Below, piece by piece: positions 21,562-31,767 of a stretch of DNA of 48,792 nt. Position numbers and translations under genes: made by a program. Source of the DNA: Gemmatimonas sp. (GTDB taxonomy: Bacteria > Gemmatimonadota > Gemmatimonadetes > Gemmatimonadales > Gemmatimonadaceae); assembly GCA_031414535.1 (NCBI GenBank), contig JANNVQ010000028.1, positions 1 to 48,792 on the forward strand, read 5' to 3'. Under the pieces are notes generated by a model. That model made no database searches and was not told the DNA's origin. It was given only the letters and a program-made list of their open reading frames with translations. Positions within the stretch are counted from its first letter, which is position 1. The number at the start of each line of letters is the position of its first letter.

Positions 21562-22352
21562 GCGGGTCGTCAACGGCAGTCCTGAACCTGACGCTCCACG
21601 TGTGGCGTCAGAAGGGACCGAACGACGCGGGCAAGATGGTGCAGTACCCCGCGCCGGACATCAGTCCCGATATGAGCTTCCTTGAGATGCTCGACGTCGT
21701 GAACGAGCGTCTGATTGAGAAGGGCGAAGAGCCCATCGCGTTTGACCATGATTGCCGAGAGGGCATTTGTGGCAGCTGCGGCATGATGATCAATGGCGCG
21801 GCGCATGGACCGATGAAGCTGACCACGACTTGTCAGTTGCACATGCGTTCGTTCAGCGACGGCGAGCAGATCTACATCGAGCCGTGGCGCGCAAAGGCCT
21901 TCCCGGTGGTGAAGGATCTAGTGGTGAATCGCTCGGCGTTTGATCGCATCATTCAGGCGGGTGGCTTTGTGTCCGCGCCAACCGGAACGCCGCAGGACGC
22001 GAACGCGCTGCCGATCGGCAAGCCGGACGCTGACTTGGCGATGGACAATGCGGCTTGCATCGGATGCGGCGCCTGCGTGGCGGCCTGCCCGAATGCTTCG
22101 GCTTCGTTGTTCACGGCGGCGAAGGTGGCGCACCTTGGTGCACTGCCGCAGGGTCAGCCGGAGCGGAAGCGTCGCGCGCTCGGCATGGTGGCGCGGATGG
22201 ATCTTGAGGAGTTTGGTGGCTGCTCGCTGTTTGGCGAGTGTATGGCGGCATGCCCGAAGGGGATTAGCATTGATGCCATCTCGCAGATGAATCGGGACTT
22301 TGCGATGGCGATGGCGACGAAGACAGAAGCGAAGGAGTGGACGGGCGCCTAA
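21558..22352 (+). CDS. sdhB: Succinate dehydrogenase/fumarate reductase iron-sulfur subunit
   Basis: [34 protein letters not shown]. Confidence 0.96.
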   Translation: MSGSSTAVLNLTLHVWRQKGPNDAGKMVQYPAPDISPDMSFLEMLDVVNERLIEKGEEPIAFDHDCREGICGSCGMMINGAAHGPMKLTTTCQLHMRSFSDGEQIYIEPWRAKAFPVVKDLVVNRSAFDRIIQAGGFVSAPTGTPQDANALPIGKPDADLAMDNAACIGCGACVAACPNASASLFTAAKVAHLGALPQGQPERKRRALGMVARMDLEEFGGCSLFGECMAACPKGISIDAISQMNRDFAMAMATKTEAKEWTGA

Positions 22353-22382
22353 TGCGCGCCCGTCGCACACCTTTGCACCCGC

Positions 22383-23642
22383 TCACATACTTATTGCGTC
22401 GTCCACGTTGACCTCGCAGCAACCGCCCGCACAGCGAACCCAGATGGTCTCGTCGTCGTCGCGCCACCGCCAGCGAACCACAGGCGGGATCGTGAATCCA
22501 GTCGGGTGCGCCCGGTACATTACGCAGTAGTATTGCGGGTCGCGGCCCGGCCGCTCGACGCGCGCGTACCAGCGACCCTCCGATGTCTCTTTGCAGGCCG
22601 TCTTGTCAAACACCACCCGCCGTGGCATCGGCGCGCAGGTGCTCCAGTCGCCCAGGCACAACGATAACGTCGCTTGCTGGCCCCGAGTGAGTGGCTGATC
22701 GTTTCCGACAAGATTCAACATCGTCTCGTAAGGACCAGCGGTCGGCGACATGTTCATCTCTGCGACCTGCGTCCACTGTCCCTTCGGCGGCGTAGGCGAG
22801 CTCAGCGAGGCTAAGCGCTGGGTGGGATAGATGGTCCCGAGATTTCCGCCGACGGTAATGCTCCCATCAACCCACTCGGCCAAGTGTTGTTCGTCGTAGT
22901 GGCCCTTCACGCGAAGTCCGACATACTTTGTGTCCGTTTCGCTGCTCGCGTCGACGTGCGATTGTGAATCTCCGAAGCCACTCACACCGACTTCGCACCA
23001 CTCGTCGCCGCAACGGATACCGATGAAGTGTGTCCGCGTCCGTGGATCCCAGTCCCAGCGCGCGACATTATACACCGCGTCTGGCCGTTTGGCGGGACCG
23101 GGGACGTGAGTGCGAACGGTGAGCGCGACCGGCCTATCCGTCGAAGCGACATCCCGCGGCAGACAGTCCTTTGCATTCGTTACAGGCGTGACCCACGCGG
23201 TCAGTACAAGGTTGTTGCGCTGAATCCAAAGGCACGACAAGGACGTTTTCAGGAATAGCGGCTCATAGCTTCCCCCGTATGGAAAATAGACGAGGGCCAA
23301 CGGACGCGGGATCTGTAAGCTGTCATTGGTATAGTGTGCACCGAGGGGATTCGCGAACACCCCCGCGATCGAATCGAACTGTGGTCTCGCGGTTGCGGAC
23401 GCGGCAACCACAAGGCGCTGGCAGTCGTGCAGCTCAGGAATGCTGACACTCGGACCGACGACAGCTCGCAGCACCGTGTCCTGGGAGCGCGACCAACTGT
23501 GCGGGCATTCTGGCAGTCCCTGCGCAATCATTGGCTTGGAATGCGGGACGATGATCTGGGGCCGTCTGCCAATAAAGACGGCTATGGCCCCCGCGACGCC
23601 GAGCACAGTCACGAGGATCAATGTTCGCTGCAGGTTTGACAC
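22383..23642 (-). CDS. Hypothetical exported or membrane-anchored Cys-rich protein with internal duplication (419 aa)
   Basis: GGAGG Shine-Dalgarno 5 nt before GTG 23642; N-terminal hydrophobic helix; 13 Cys; RWxW...RC...CEV motif twice. Confidence 0.8.
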   Translation of the reverse strand: MSNLQRTLILVTVLGVAGAIAVFIGRRPQIIVPHSKPMIAQGLPECPHSWSRSQDTVLRAVVGPSVSIPELHDCQRLVVAASATARPQFDSIAGVFANPLGAHYTNDSLQIPRPLALVYFPYGGSYEPLFLKTSLSCLWIQRNNLVLTAWVTPVTNAKDCLPRDVASTDRPVALTVRTHVPGPAKRPDAVYNVARWDWDPRTRTHFIGIRCGDEWCEVGVSGFGDSQSHVDASSETDTKYVGLRVKGHYDEQHLAEWVDGSITVGGNLGTIYPTQRLASLSSPTPPKGQWTQVAEMNMSPTAGPYETMLNLVGNDQPLTRGQQATLSLCLGDWSTCAPMPRRVVFDKTACKETSEGRWYARVERPGRDPQYYCVMYRAHPTGFTIPPVVRWRWRDDDETIWVRCAGGCCEVNVDDAISM

Positions 23643-23697
23643 AACTTCCTCCCTTGAGCTTCGGTGAAAGCACGCTGCGAGCGACCGCCCGCGGCGC

Positions 23698-26600
23698 TTA
23701 CTGCCGTGGCAAGAGTGGAGCGGTGAGCCCCGCGAAGGCACTTCTGTCCGCATCCATCCATAATTCGGCAACCGCGTTACGCCAACGCTCCGCCGTCGCC
23801 GCATCCCCCAACGCGGAGGCGATCTGCGCCCTAAGGACCATGGCCCGTAGGAACGCCACGGCGTGGACGGGGTCGAAATCAGGGGCAGCGCGGCGCTGTG
23901 CCTGCAGGGCTGCATCGAGCCAGGCGGCTGCGCGCGGACGCTCTCCAGCGTACACCAGTAGTGCCGTCTCTGCGACGAGCGCATCGAAGGCCACGGTCTC
24001 TGGCGGCCACCAAGTGCTACGCAGTTCAATGAGCTCGCGGACGCCACTTCGGACTGCGACGGAATCGCCGCGCCCAACCGCAGCGAGGATACGTCCGAGA
24101 TAGTCGTCGCCCATCCCGTCGAGCAGTTGCACAGGGAGGGTGCGGGTAGGGAATGCGAGCGCCGCAGCTCGCGAAAAAGCCCGGTTCCGCATTGACGATT
24201 GCCCCGAGACCGGGACGAGCGCGGAGATTAGGGAGTCCACCCGCAGCGCGCGCGTCGACAGGGCTGACTGAGGTGCTGCGACGGCGGCATCGAGCTGCAG
24301 GGCGACAATCTCCTCGGCAAGCGCGCTTAGCTTGGCGCTCGCGCCCTCCGCTGCGGTTCTGCCGCGTCCATCACGGGTGGCTTGCAGTCGCGAGAATCGT
24401 CCGACGAGCGCGGACATTGCATCAATGGTTGCATCGTAGGCAGTGTCATCTGCGACCCGGAGAATCGAATCGGCTAGAAGTCGAGCCTGACGGATGCTCC
24501 GACGGTCGTCCGGAACACCGAGCCGCACGCGCATCCAGACCTCCGAGGCGGCGAGGCGGCGGCGTTGATCGGACGAAACGGCCAAGGCGCTCGCCCGGAG
24601 CATCGAGTCAAGCGCCGCGGGGTCTCCGAGCATCTGAAGTGCCAGTGCTTGGGCTTCGTGCGCGTCAGCGCTCGATGGGTCGGCTGAAACCCAGACGTTC
24701 GTGATGTCGCGAAACAGTTCTCGCTGTTGTCGAACAACGCGCGCAGCCGATCCGCGTTGCAATCGCAGCACCGATGTGTCCGCACCGGATACTTGCGAAA
24801 GCTCAACTGGCGCCAACACCAAGGTGTCTCCGGAGAGAATTGGAAACGCTAGCATTGGCGTTCCAATCTCGGCGACGCGCCCGCTTCGCAGCGTCGTTTC
24901 CGAGAGGTACAGAAGTACTCGCACGCGCTCGTATGCCCTATCGCGCAGCGCGCGATGGATCGTTGGCAACTGCTGGAACGCGCGTAGGTACTGCAGTTGG
25001 GCCGTGTGGAAGGAACTTCGGAAGCGCCACCCCGTCGGGGCACTAGGATCCCGCACAACTTGTGAATCGCGGTCGCGGCAGACCGCAGCGCTGTACCAAG
25101 CAGAGAAGTCCAGAGGAGCAATCCCGGTCAACGCGTCCCATTCCAGACACGCCTTGAGACGCTCTCCATTCGCCAAGGCGAGGAGGGCGTCGCCGTGCCG
25201 ACGCGAAAAGGCGTCGCGTCGAGGACGCTGATCTTGCACGACAGCCTGCGCCGGTAGCATCCAGGTCGCGGGCGGATCGTGGCGCCAATAGCGGACTAGC
25301 GCGAGCCAGAGCGCGGCCTCTGTGAACGACTGGTCGAGTTGCCAAGCCCTGTCGAGCGATGCAGCCGCGGAATCGAGTGCCCATTGGTCAATGGACGCGC
25401 GTCCCGCCACGTAATGTTGCGCCGCTGACAGCGAGGCCGTATTCAGGTTGGTGAGGTCGACGTCGGGCCGCTCCGATTGCCGAAATAGCAAGCGCGTGAC
25501 CGCTCGTGCGGCGATGGAATCGCGGCTTGTCCACGCGCCGATGGGCAGTCGGGCCGTGACCTCCGCCAGCGACTGCGGTTCCCGGGCTGATGACGCAAGC
25601 ACGGCGCGAAGCTCCAGTCCCGCATCGGTGCGCACGACAGATCCCCGAATGAATCGCCCAGCACCAAGGGTTCGAGCGACGGCGCTCGCACGTCGCGACG
25701 ACAACGCGCGAGCACCCACGGCGTCAGTCACGGTAAAGGCGTCGATGAGGGTGGTGCCATTCCAACGTCCCCACGCACGGCGCATCAGCTCCGTCGAAGC
25801 CGCGCTTTCCGCGGGATCGCCCTCAAACGGGAAGAGCACGACCGTGCTTGTGTCCGCCAGGCTGTCGCGGTGTGCGGCAAACCGTGTGGTCGCATATCTC
25901 GTCAGGGCCACCGTGCCCAGAATCGCAAAGAGAATCGTCACCGCGACGATTGCCCGAGACGGACGGTGGAGATTGGAGTGCAGCATTGGAGTCTGCAGTT
26001 CCGCCAACACGGCATCGAGGGCCCGGATAAGCTCGCGCGCGTCTGGGAAGCGTGCCTCGGGTTGCTTGTCCAGGAGCCGCGCGACAACGGCGTCGAGGCT
26101 CGCCGGCGCCTCCGGGCGCGCGATCCGCAACGACGGAACCGGAGCGACCGCGTGCAACCCCAGCAACGAGACGACCGACGGGGCGGTGAAGGGAGGCTTC
26201 CCGGCGAGCATCTCAAAAAGCACGCAGCCGAGGCTGTATAGGTCCGAGCGGTGGTCGAGCCCAGGGTCGCCTGCGCTCTGCTCCGGAGACATGTAAGCCG
26301 GCGTGCCAAGGCGGAGCCCGCTGCCAGTCGACCACACGTTCCCATCCGCTGTCACATCTAATGCTCGTGCGATCCCGAAATCAGCGATCATCGCATTACC
26401 AGACGCGAGCAGGATATTGGCGGGCTTGATGTCGCGATGCACGATGAGGCGCTCGTGCGCATGCGCCAGTCCCTCGCTGATTTGGCGAGTCATCTGGACC
26501 GCATCGGCAATGGCGAGGACGCCCTCCTGCAGCAATCGCTCGCGCAAGGACTCGCCCTCGACGAAGGGCATCACAAAGTACAGCGCATCGCCCACCTCTC

Positions 26601-26844
26601 CCGATTCGATGACGGGGACGATGTGGGGATGAACGAGCCGTGCCTCGAAATCAATTTCCCGACGAAAGCGCTCGCGTGCTTCGGCATCGGAGTTGTCTAC
26701 CATCAAGACCTTGATTGCCACGGTGCGTGGCAACCGGAGGTCCCGGGCGCGGTATACAACTCCCCAGCCGCCGCGCCCGATCTCGTGTTCAACACGATAT
26801 CGGCCGGCCAGAGCTTCACCTAGTTGCTCGACCCCGGTGTTCAC
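23698..26844 (-). CDS. Hanks-type membrane Ser/Thr protein kinase with large C-terminal helical (TPR-like) region
   Basis: GRGGWGVV, VAIK, HRDIKPAN, DFG, GTPAYMSPEQ, DLYSLG; TM helix IVAVTILFAILGTVAL; start GTG 26844 (or TTG 26871). Confidence 0.92.
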   Translation of the reverse strand: MNTGVEQLGEALAGRYRVEHEIGRGGWGVVYRARDLRLPRTVAIKVLMVDNSDAEARERFRREIDFEARLVHPHIVPVIESGEVGDALYFVMPFVEGESLRERLLQEGVLAIADAVQMTRQISEGLAHAHERLIVHRDIKPANILLASGNAMIADFGIARALDVTADGNVWSTGSGLRLGTPAYMSPEQSAGDPGLDHRSDLYSLGCVLFEMLAGKPPFTAPSVVSLLGLHAVAPVPSLRIARPEAPASLDAVVARLLDKQPEARFPDARELIRALDAVLAELQTPMLHSNLHRPSRAIVAVTILFAILGTVALTRYATTRFAAHRDSLADTSTVVLFPFEGDPAESAASTELMRRAWGRWNGTTLIDAFTVTDAVGARALSSRRASAVARTLGAGRFIRGSVVRTDAGLELRAVLASSAREPQSLAEVTARLPIGAWTSRDSIAARAVTRLLFRQSERPDVDLTNLNTASLSAAQHYVAGRASIDQWALDSAAASLDRAWQLDQSFTEAALWLALVRYWRHDPPATWMLPAQAVVQDQRPRRDAFSRRHGDALLALANGERLKACLEWDALTGIAPLDFSAWYSAAVCRDRDSQVVRDPSAPTGWRFRSSFHTAQLQYLRAFQQLPTIHRALRDRAYERVRVLLYLSETTLRSGRVAEIGTPMLAFPILSGDTLVLAPVELSQVSGADTSVLRLQRGSAARVVRQQRELFRDITNVWVSADPSSADAHEAQALALQMLGDPAALDSMLRASALAVSSDQRRRLAASEVWMRVRLGVPDDRRSIRQARLLADSILRVADDTAYDATIDAMSALVGRFSRLQATRDGRGRTAAEGASAKLSALAEEIVALQLDAAVAAPQSALSTRALRVDSLISALVPVSGQSSMRNRAFSRAAALAFPTRTLPVQLLDGMGDDYLGRILAAVGRGDSVAVRSGVRELIELRSTWWPPETVAFDALVAETALLVYAGERPRAAAWLDAALQAQRRAAPDFDPVHAVAFLRAMVLRAQIASALGDAATAERWRNAVAELWMDADRSAFAGLTAPLLPRQ

Positions 26845-26918
26845 CGCGACCTCGCTGCGACGGGCGCCCAAGCATACGACGCCCTATCCCGACTCGCAAG
26901 CTAGGTCTCCCTCTCGTG

Positions 26919-29900
26919 CTAGGGCACGACCCGCGGCACCTCCGCTTTCGCATCCGTCAACGGCCGCCGCGTCTTCAAATGCGACTCCATCTGCAGTCGC
27001 GGAATCCCGCTCTGCATCCAATCCGGCGCCGGCTGATCCCGAAGGAACGTATCAAACCACTCCGTCATCCTTAGCGCATAGTCCTTCTGATTCGCTGGCC
27101 GCGCGAGCCCGTGGTTCTCACCCACGTACTCCAACAGCACAACTTCCTTTCCAAGCTGACGCAGATGGTTGTAGTAGGTGATGCCCTGATTGAAATCCAC
27201 CGCGCCATCCCGATCGTTATGCAGAATCATGAAGGGAATAGACAGATTCTGCGCGTGCACCTGGGGTGAGTTGCGCATGTAGGCTTCCGGCACTTCGTTG
27301 GGTCCACCCGTGAAGCGACCCTGACTCGCGATGAAGATGCTGCCGTCCGTGCTGCCTGTATTCCAATACACGGAACCGAACATTGAGACCATGTCGGTGA
27401 GCGGTGCACCGGCCACGGCCGTCTTGAAGATGTTGGTCTGCGTGGTGATGAACGTGGTCTGGTAGCCGCCCCAGCTATGGCCCTGCAGGCCCACTCGAGC
27501 GGTATCAATTATGCCCGTAGCGATCGCCGCCTTCACGGCCGGCACCACGCACCAGAGCGCGGAGCGACCGGGCTCGTTGAGCGTGTACTTGATGTCTGGC
27601 ATAAGATAGGCGTAGCCGCGCGACGTGTAGACGCTGGCATTTGCGTAACGCGTGGCATTGGGCTGCTGGTACACGTTGAAGTTCTGCGAGAGCAGCTCAT
27701 AGATGTACGTCAGCATCGGATAGGTCTTGCCCTCCTCGTAGCCGGCGGGGAGGTAGAGCGCCGCCTGCCTGCGCTCCGTGCTGTTCTCGCAGGTGTACTC
27801 AATGAGGCGCGCGCCGGGAGTCCAAGCCACCTCGGCCTGCTGCGGATTCGCCGTGGTGAGACGACGAACGTTCGTGAGACCGTTGTCCGCAGCGAACCAA
27901 TCAGGGAAGGCCACCGCCGTCTGCCGCGTGAACGCCCACACATTTGCGTCACGAGCGCGACGGTAGTCCACCTTGGCACCCTCGTTGGAAACCACGCGCA
28001 CGCCACCGCGAGCCACATCCACCGTGACGAGTCCTTCCCTCTTTGTGTACTCCTCGTAGGTCTCGATGAACATCGGCGCCGCCGGATCAATGCCACGACG
28101 ATCACGATTATCCCAGCTGAGGCGGGTGATGTAGCGGGTGTGGCTCGTGCGGCCGTTCACCGTGAGATTGCGTGCGGGCTGGCCGGTAGCCGAGAGTTTC
28201 CAGATGTCCCAATTGTCGCGCACGAGCACGCTGGCGTTGTCGCGAGTCCAGCCCAGCAAGGCGCCGCCGATGGCGGGCTTCACCTGATTATGGTCGTCTT
28301 CGTCATCGTAGAAGTTGTTCGCGATGCCGGTGGTGACGACACGCGTCTGACCAGTGGTGAAGTCGTAGACCTTCCATTCGCCGAGATCGTAGTACGCGTA
28401 CTTACTGTTGTCGGGCGAGAAGGCATTGGACGCGCCGCCGCCAAAGCCACCGCCACCGGGTACCTTTGCCTGCACGAGCTTGCGCTCACCGGTGTTTAGA
28501 TTCACGGCGTAGATGTCGCGATACGCATAGCCGCGAATGCTGGCGTCGAGTTCGTACTTCTCGGCGTCCGTGGCGACGCCCCACGTGTCACGCGGTCCGC
28601 GCTGCAGGCCGCGGATGGTCTCGTCCGTCAGGGGCACGAGCGTCCTGTTAGTGATGCGATACGCTGCCACATGCGCAAAACCGCGATCGGCAGTCTCTTG
28701 CACCTGCTGCGTGGCCTGTGTGCGAGCGTCCTTCCAGTGCCAGAGCACCAGCGAGGGCACATCGGCGTCGGTCTGAGGAGCCGCCGCGATACGACCGCCG
28801 CTGCCAGCACCTGGTGCAGGGCTGGTCGAGGGCGGGGCACCGGCACCGGGCGTTGCTCTCGGGCGCGGCGGACGCGGTGCACGCATTCCGACGTAGAGCG
28901 AACTCCCACCTGACGCGAAGGCAATCGCGTAGTCAGAACTCAGGACGCGCTCGGCCGGTAGTCCGGTGGTTTTGCCGTCAATCACATGGGCTGGCTCGCC
29001 AGCCGTGGCGCGCGGCCATACGAGGATGCTGACGAGCTCATCCACCGTATTGGAGGTATCCGTGTCCACGCGCAGAGCGGCGAGCGACGTGCTTGAATCG
29101 CCCCACGTGATGCGACGGTACGCAGCCTTGTAGGTATCGAGTGCGCGCGTCTCGCCATTGGAGAGGCGGCGTAGCTGCAACGAGTTGCCAATCTCATCTG
29201 GCGTCCCGATGGCATACGCCATCAACTGGCCAGCGTCGTCGAATGCGAACTCGGTGACGTTCGTGATCGGTGTGGTGGGCGTATTCACAGGCGCCGAGAG
29301 ATTCACGAGTTGCAGCACGGACCCCGAACTCGCAGCGACTCCAGCGCCGCCAGCTCCAGCGCCCCCCGCCGCAGCCGCTCCCGTGCCGCCGCTCGGCGCA
29401 GCGTGCTGAATGGCCAGCCAGCTTGAGGTATCGCCGGCAAAGCGGAAGCTCCGAACGTTTTCAAACTCGCGCTTTGAGCCATCGGCCACGCTCACCACCA
29501 CCAGCTTGGGCGAGATTGCCGCAGGAGCGGAGGCCGCGGCGCCCGCAGCTGCACCCGAACCACCGCCACCACCTGCGCCAGCGCGACCGCGATTGCGCGC
29601 CGACTCGGCACTGGGACGCACGAGGAAGGCCACCCAGCGGCTACTGCCGCTCATCATAAGCGAACTGGTGGCTGGCGGTCCGGCCGTGCCCCCAGCAGGC
29701 ACGGATCCAACTGGAAATCGCCACTCCTGGCCATTGGCCGCTGTCGAGCGGATGACTACCTCGGCGTCGCCCTCGTTGGGCGAGAGCTCATAGGCAAACC
29801 AGCGCCCATCGTTGGACAGCTGCGGCGTACGCACCACCTTCCACGCGAGCAAGTCAGCAAGCGTGAGTTGACGCCCTGCGGACGCCGGCGGCGTCCAACG

Positions 29901-30089
29901 GGAAACTGCCGCCGAGTTCGCGGCACCGTAGGGCAGCCCCAATTGGGGGTTGGACGGGCCGGCCTGCGTTCCGTCGCCCCGCGTTTGAGAGGCGGGCTGC
30001 ACAGTGGGCTGCTGGGCGGCAGACTTAAGAACCGGAAGGGTAATGAGCCCGGCCAGCAGGCAAAGGCGCGAGGCGGTACGGAGTCGCAT
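26919..30089 (-). CDS. Secreted S9 (prolyl oligopeptidase family) peptidase
   Basis: Signal peptide, beta-propeller-like N-terminal region, catalytic GHSWGG, HNDRDGAV, ENHG. Confidence 0.92.
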   Translation of the reverse strand: MRLRTASRLCLLAGLITLPVLKSAAQQPTVQPASQTRGDGTQAGPSNPQLGLPYGAANSAAVSRWTPPASAGRQLTLADLLAWKVVRTPQLSNDGRWFAYELSPNEGDAEVVIRSTAANGQEWRFPVGSVPAGGTAGPPATSSLMMSGSSRWVAFLVRPSAESARNRGRAGAGGGGGSGAAAGAAASAPAAISPKLVVVSVADGSKREFENVRSFRFAGDTSSWLAIQHAAPSGGTGAAAAGGAGAGGAGVAASSGSVLQLVNLSAPVNTPTTPITNVTEFAFDDAGQLMAYAIGTPDEIGNSLQLRRLSNGETRALDTYKAAYRRITWGDSSTSLAALRVDTDTSNTVDELVSILVWPRATAGEPAHVIDGKTTGLPAERVLSSDYAIAFASGGSSLYVGMRAPRPPRPRATPGAGAPPSTSPAPGAGSGGRIAAAPQTDADVPSLVLWHWKDARTQATQQVQETADRGFAHVAAYRITNRTLVPLTDETIRGLQRGPRDTWGVATDAEKYELDASIRGYAYRDIYAVNLNTGERKLVQAKVPGGGGFGGGASNAFSPDNSKYAYYDLGEWKVYDFTTGQTRVVTTGIANNFYDDEDDHNQVKPAIGGALLGWTRDNASVLVRDNWDIWKLSATGQPARNLTVNGRTSHTRYITRLSWDNRDRRGIDPAAPMFIETYEEYTKREGLVTVDVARGGVRVVSNEGAKVDYRRARDANVWAFTRQTAVAFPDWFAADNGLTNVRRLTTANPQQAEVAWTPGARLIEYTCENSTERRQAALYLPAGYEEGKTYPMLTYIYELLSQNFNVYQQPNATRYANASVYTSRGYAYLMPDIKYTLNEPGRSALWCVVPAVKAAIATGIIDTARVGLQGHSWGGYQTTFITTQTNIFKTAVAGAPLTDMVSMFGSVYWNTGSTDGSIFIASQGRFTGGPNEVPEAYMRNSPQVHAQNLSIPFMILHNDRDGAVDFNQGITYYNHLRQLGKEVVLLEYVGENHGLARPANQKDYALRMTEWFDTFLRDQPAPDWMQSGIPRLQMESHLKTRRPLTDAKAEVPRVVP

Positions 30090-30227
30090 GGCTTGGGTTG
30101 TGAGGGACCATAGATGCTACGCGCCGGAGGCTCGGAACGCTATCGGCGAGGCATGAGCCCGCAGACGGGTAAGAGGCAGCGTGGTAGATTCCACCTAGTC
30201 TCCATTCACCTCCGTAACCTGACTGCC

Positions 30228-30740
30228 GTGATTCCTGGAAAGTCCGCCACCAAAAGCAGCTCCCTTTACCGTGAACTTCCGGCCGCCAAGCGCGTGGCGC
30301 TACTCACGGCCGTCATTTCGCAGCGCAAGGAATCACGCGCGGTGTTCATCCAGCGCATGGTGTCACGTGGCGGCGGTTTCCGCGCCGCGACACTCATGAC
30401 CTGGCCGCCCGCCAAGCTCGCGGCCGAAGTGGTTCGCTTGAATGCACAGACGGCTGAAGACGAACTGGATTTACTGCAGGCGCTCTACGTGGACGTCGAG
30501 CCGGCTATCCAAGAGATGTTTCTTAAGGTGGCGGGAGTGAAGGCGAATGGCGCCTCCATTGACGAGAGCCTTGAGCCGCCGTTCGCCGACGCGGCGGGTG
30601 TGAAGAAGGCGGCCGAGACAGTCGTGGCGCAGTTTGGCGCGGATGCGGTGCACTACCTTCGCACCATTGCTAAATACGCCCCCGGCGCCTGGCCTGGCGT
30701 GGATGAAGTAGCTGCCGCCCATGCAGGAGCCGCGGCGTGA
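30228..30740 (+). CDS. Hypothetical protein
   Basis: Host-like codon usage, GTGA overlap with the next gene; start uncertain (GTG 30228 chosen). Confidence 0.7.
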   Translation: MIPGKSATKSSSLYRELPAAKRVALLTAVISQRKESRAVFIQRMVSRGGGFRAATLMTWPPAKLAAEVVRLNAQTAEDELDLLQALYVDVEPAIQEMFLKVAGVKANGASIDESLEPPFADAAGVKKAAETVVAQFGADAVHYLRTIAKYAPGAWPGVDEVAAAHAGAAA

Positions 30741-31753
30741 CCTCGCCGCGGCTAGAGCAAGATCGCGAGTCCTCGAGCGGCCCGCGTGACCTCGGCCTCG
30801 GCAAGGTCGTAGCCAACACCGTTCGCGGCCGTTTCATCAGCCGCGACGGCACGCCCTCCTCGCACAAGTTTGGACTAGGCGCGCAGCGAGCCGAACGTTT
30901 CTACCAGGCGGCACTGAACGCGCGCTGGCCGGAGTTCCTGGGCTGGTTCGCCGGCGCGTTGCTGCTGATCAATGGCGTATTCGCCCTCGCATATCGGTCC
31001 ATTGGCACCGACGCCATCTCGGGCGCCACGCGGATGGGGCTCGAGGATCCGTTCTTGCGCGCACTCGTGTTCAGCGTGGGCATTTTCACCACCACGGGCA
31101 CCGGCTCCATGTACGCGGTGGGGGAGACGGCCAACTGGTTAGTGATCTTTGAGTCACTCGTGGCCCTGGTGTTCTTGATCACGGTCGCAGGCTTGATCAT
31201 CGCACGGCTCACGCGGCCGCGCATGATGCTCAAGTTCTCGGAGTCGGCCATCGTTGCACCCTACGAAGACGGACGCGCACTCATGTTCCGCATGGTGAAC
31301 GTGCGTCCCGGCGAGCTGAGCGATGTGCGCGTGCGCGTCATCCTCATCTACTACGAGACCATCAACGGCGTGCGCGAGCGCGACTTCCGCCAGTTGGAAT
31401 TGGAACGCGACACGGTGGAGCTGTTCAACCTCCACTGGACGGTGGTGCATCCCATCAACGCCAAGAGTCCGCTCGCCAGCTTTACCCCGGAGCGCCTGCG
31501 CGAAACGGAAGCGGAGATCATCATCTCTGTCGCCGCACACGAGGATACCTTTGCCACGCGTGTGCGCCAGCGTACCTCATACCTCTGGGACGAAGTGCGT
31601 TGGGATGTGAAGTTCGCGAACATCTTCACAAGCGCCGCCGACGGCATCATCGCCATTGATGTGGAACGCTTGAGCCGCTTGGACTACCTCGAGGAAGGCA
31701 TCACCTCGCGAGCGCCAATCGCAGAGTCAGAAGGCGGACTCGCCGGCGGGTGA
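30737..31753 (+). CDS. Inward-rectifier (KirBac-like) channel with atypical selectivity filter
   Basis: TM1 / pore helix (LVFSVGIFTTTGTG) / TM2, ARLTRP..LKFSESAIV, LMFRMVN, WTVVHPINAKSPL, RTSY. Confidence 0.88.
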   Translation: MTSPRLEQDRESSSGPRDLGLGKVVANTVRGRFISRDGTPSSHKFGLGAQRAERFYQAALNARWPEFLGWFAGALLLINGVFALAYRSIGTDAISGATRMGLEDPFLRALVFSVGIFTTTGTGSMYAVGETANWLVIFESLVALVFLITVAGLIIARLTRPRMMLKFSESAIVAPYEDGRALMFRMVNVRPGELSDVRVRVILIYYETINGVRERDFRQLELERDTVELFNLHWTVVHPINAKSPLASFTPERLRETEAEIIISVAAHEDTFATRVRQRTSYLWDEVRWDVKFANIFTSAADGIIAIDVERLSRLDYLEEGITSRAPIAESEGGLAGG

Positions 31754-31767
31754 TTGCCGCGCTGGCG

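Noticed and set aside
23643..24077. 145-aa N-terminal extension of the 564-aa ORF overlapping the kinase
   Set aside because: A clear Shine-Dalgarno, GTG and signal-like helix at 23642 mark the probable true start; the extension is an alternate frame of the kinase 3' end
29330..29600. Gly/Ala-rich low-complexity tracts in the S9 peptidase
   Set aside because: Ordinary flexible linkers with no exact DNA repeat unit
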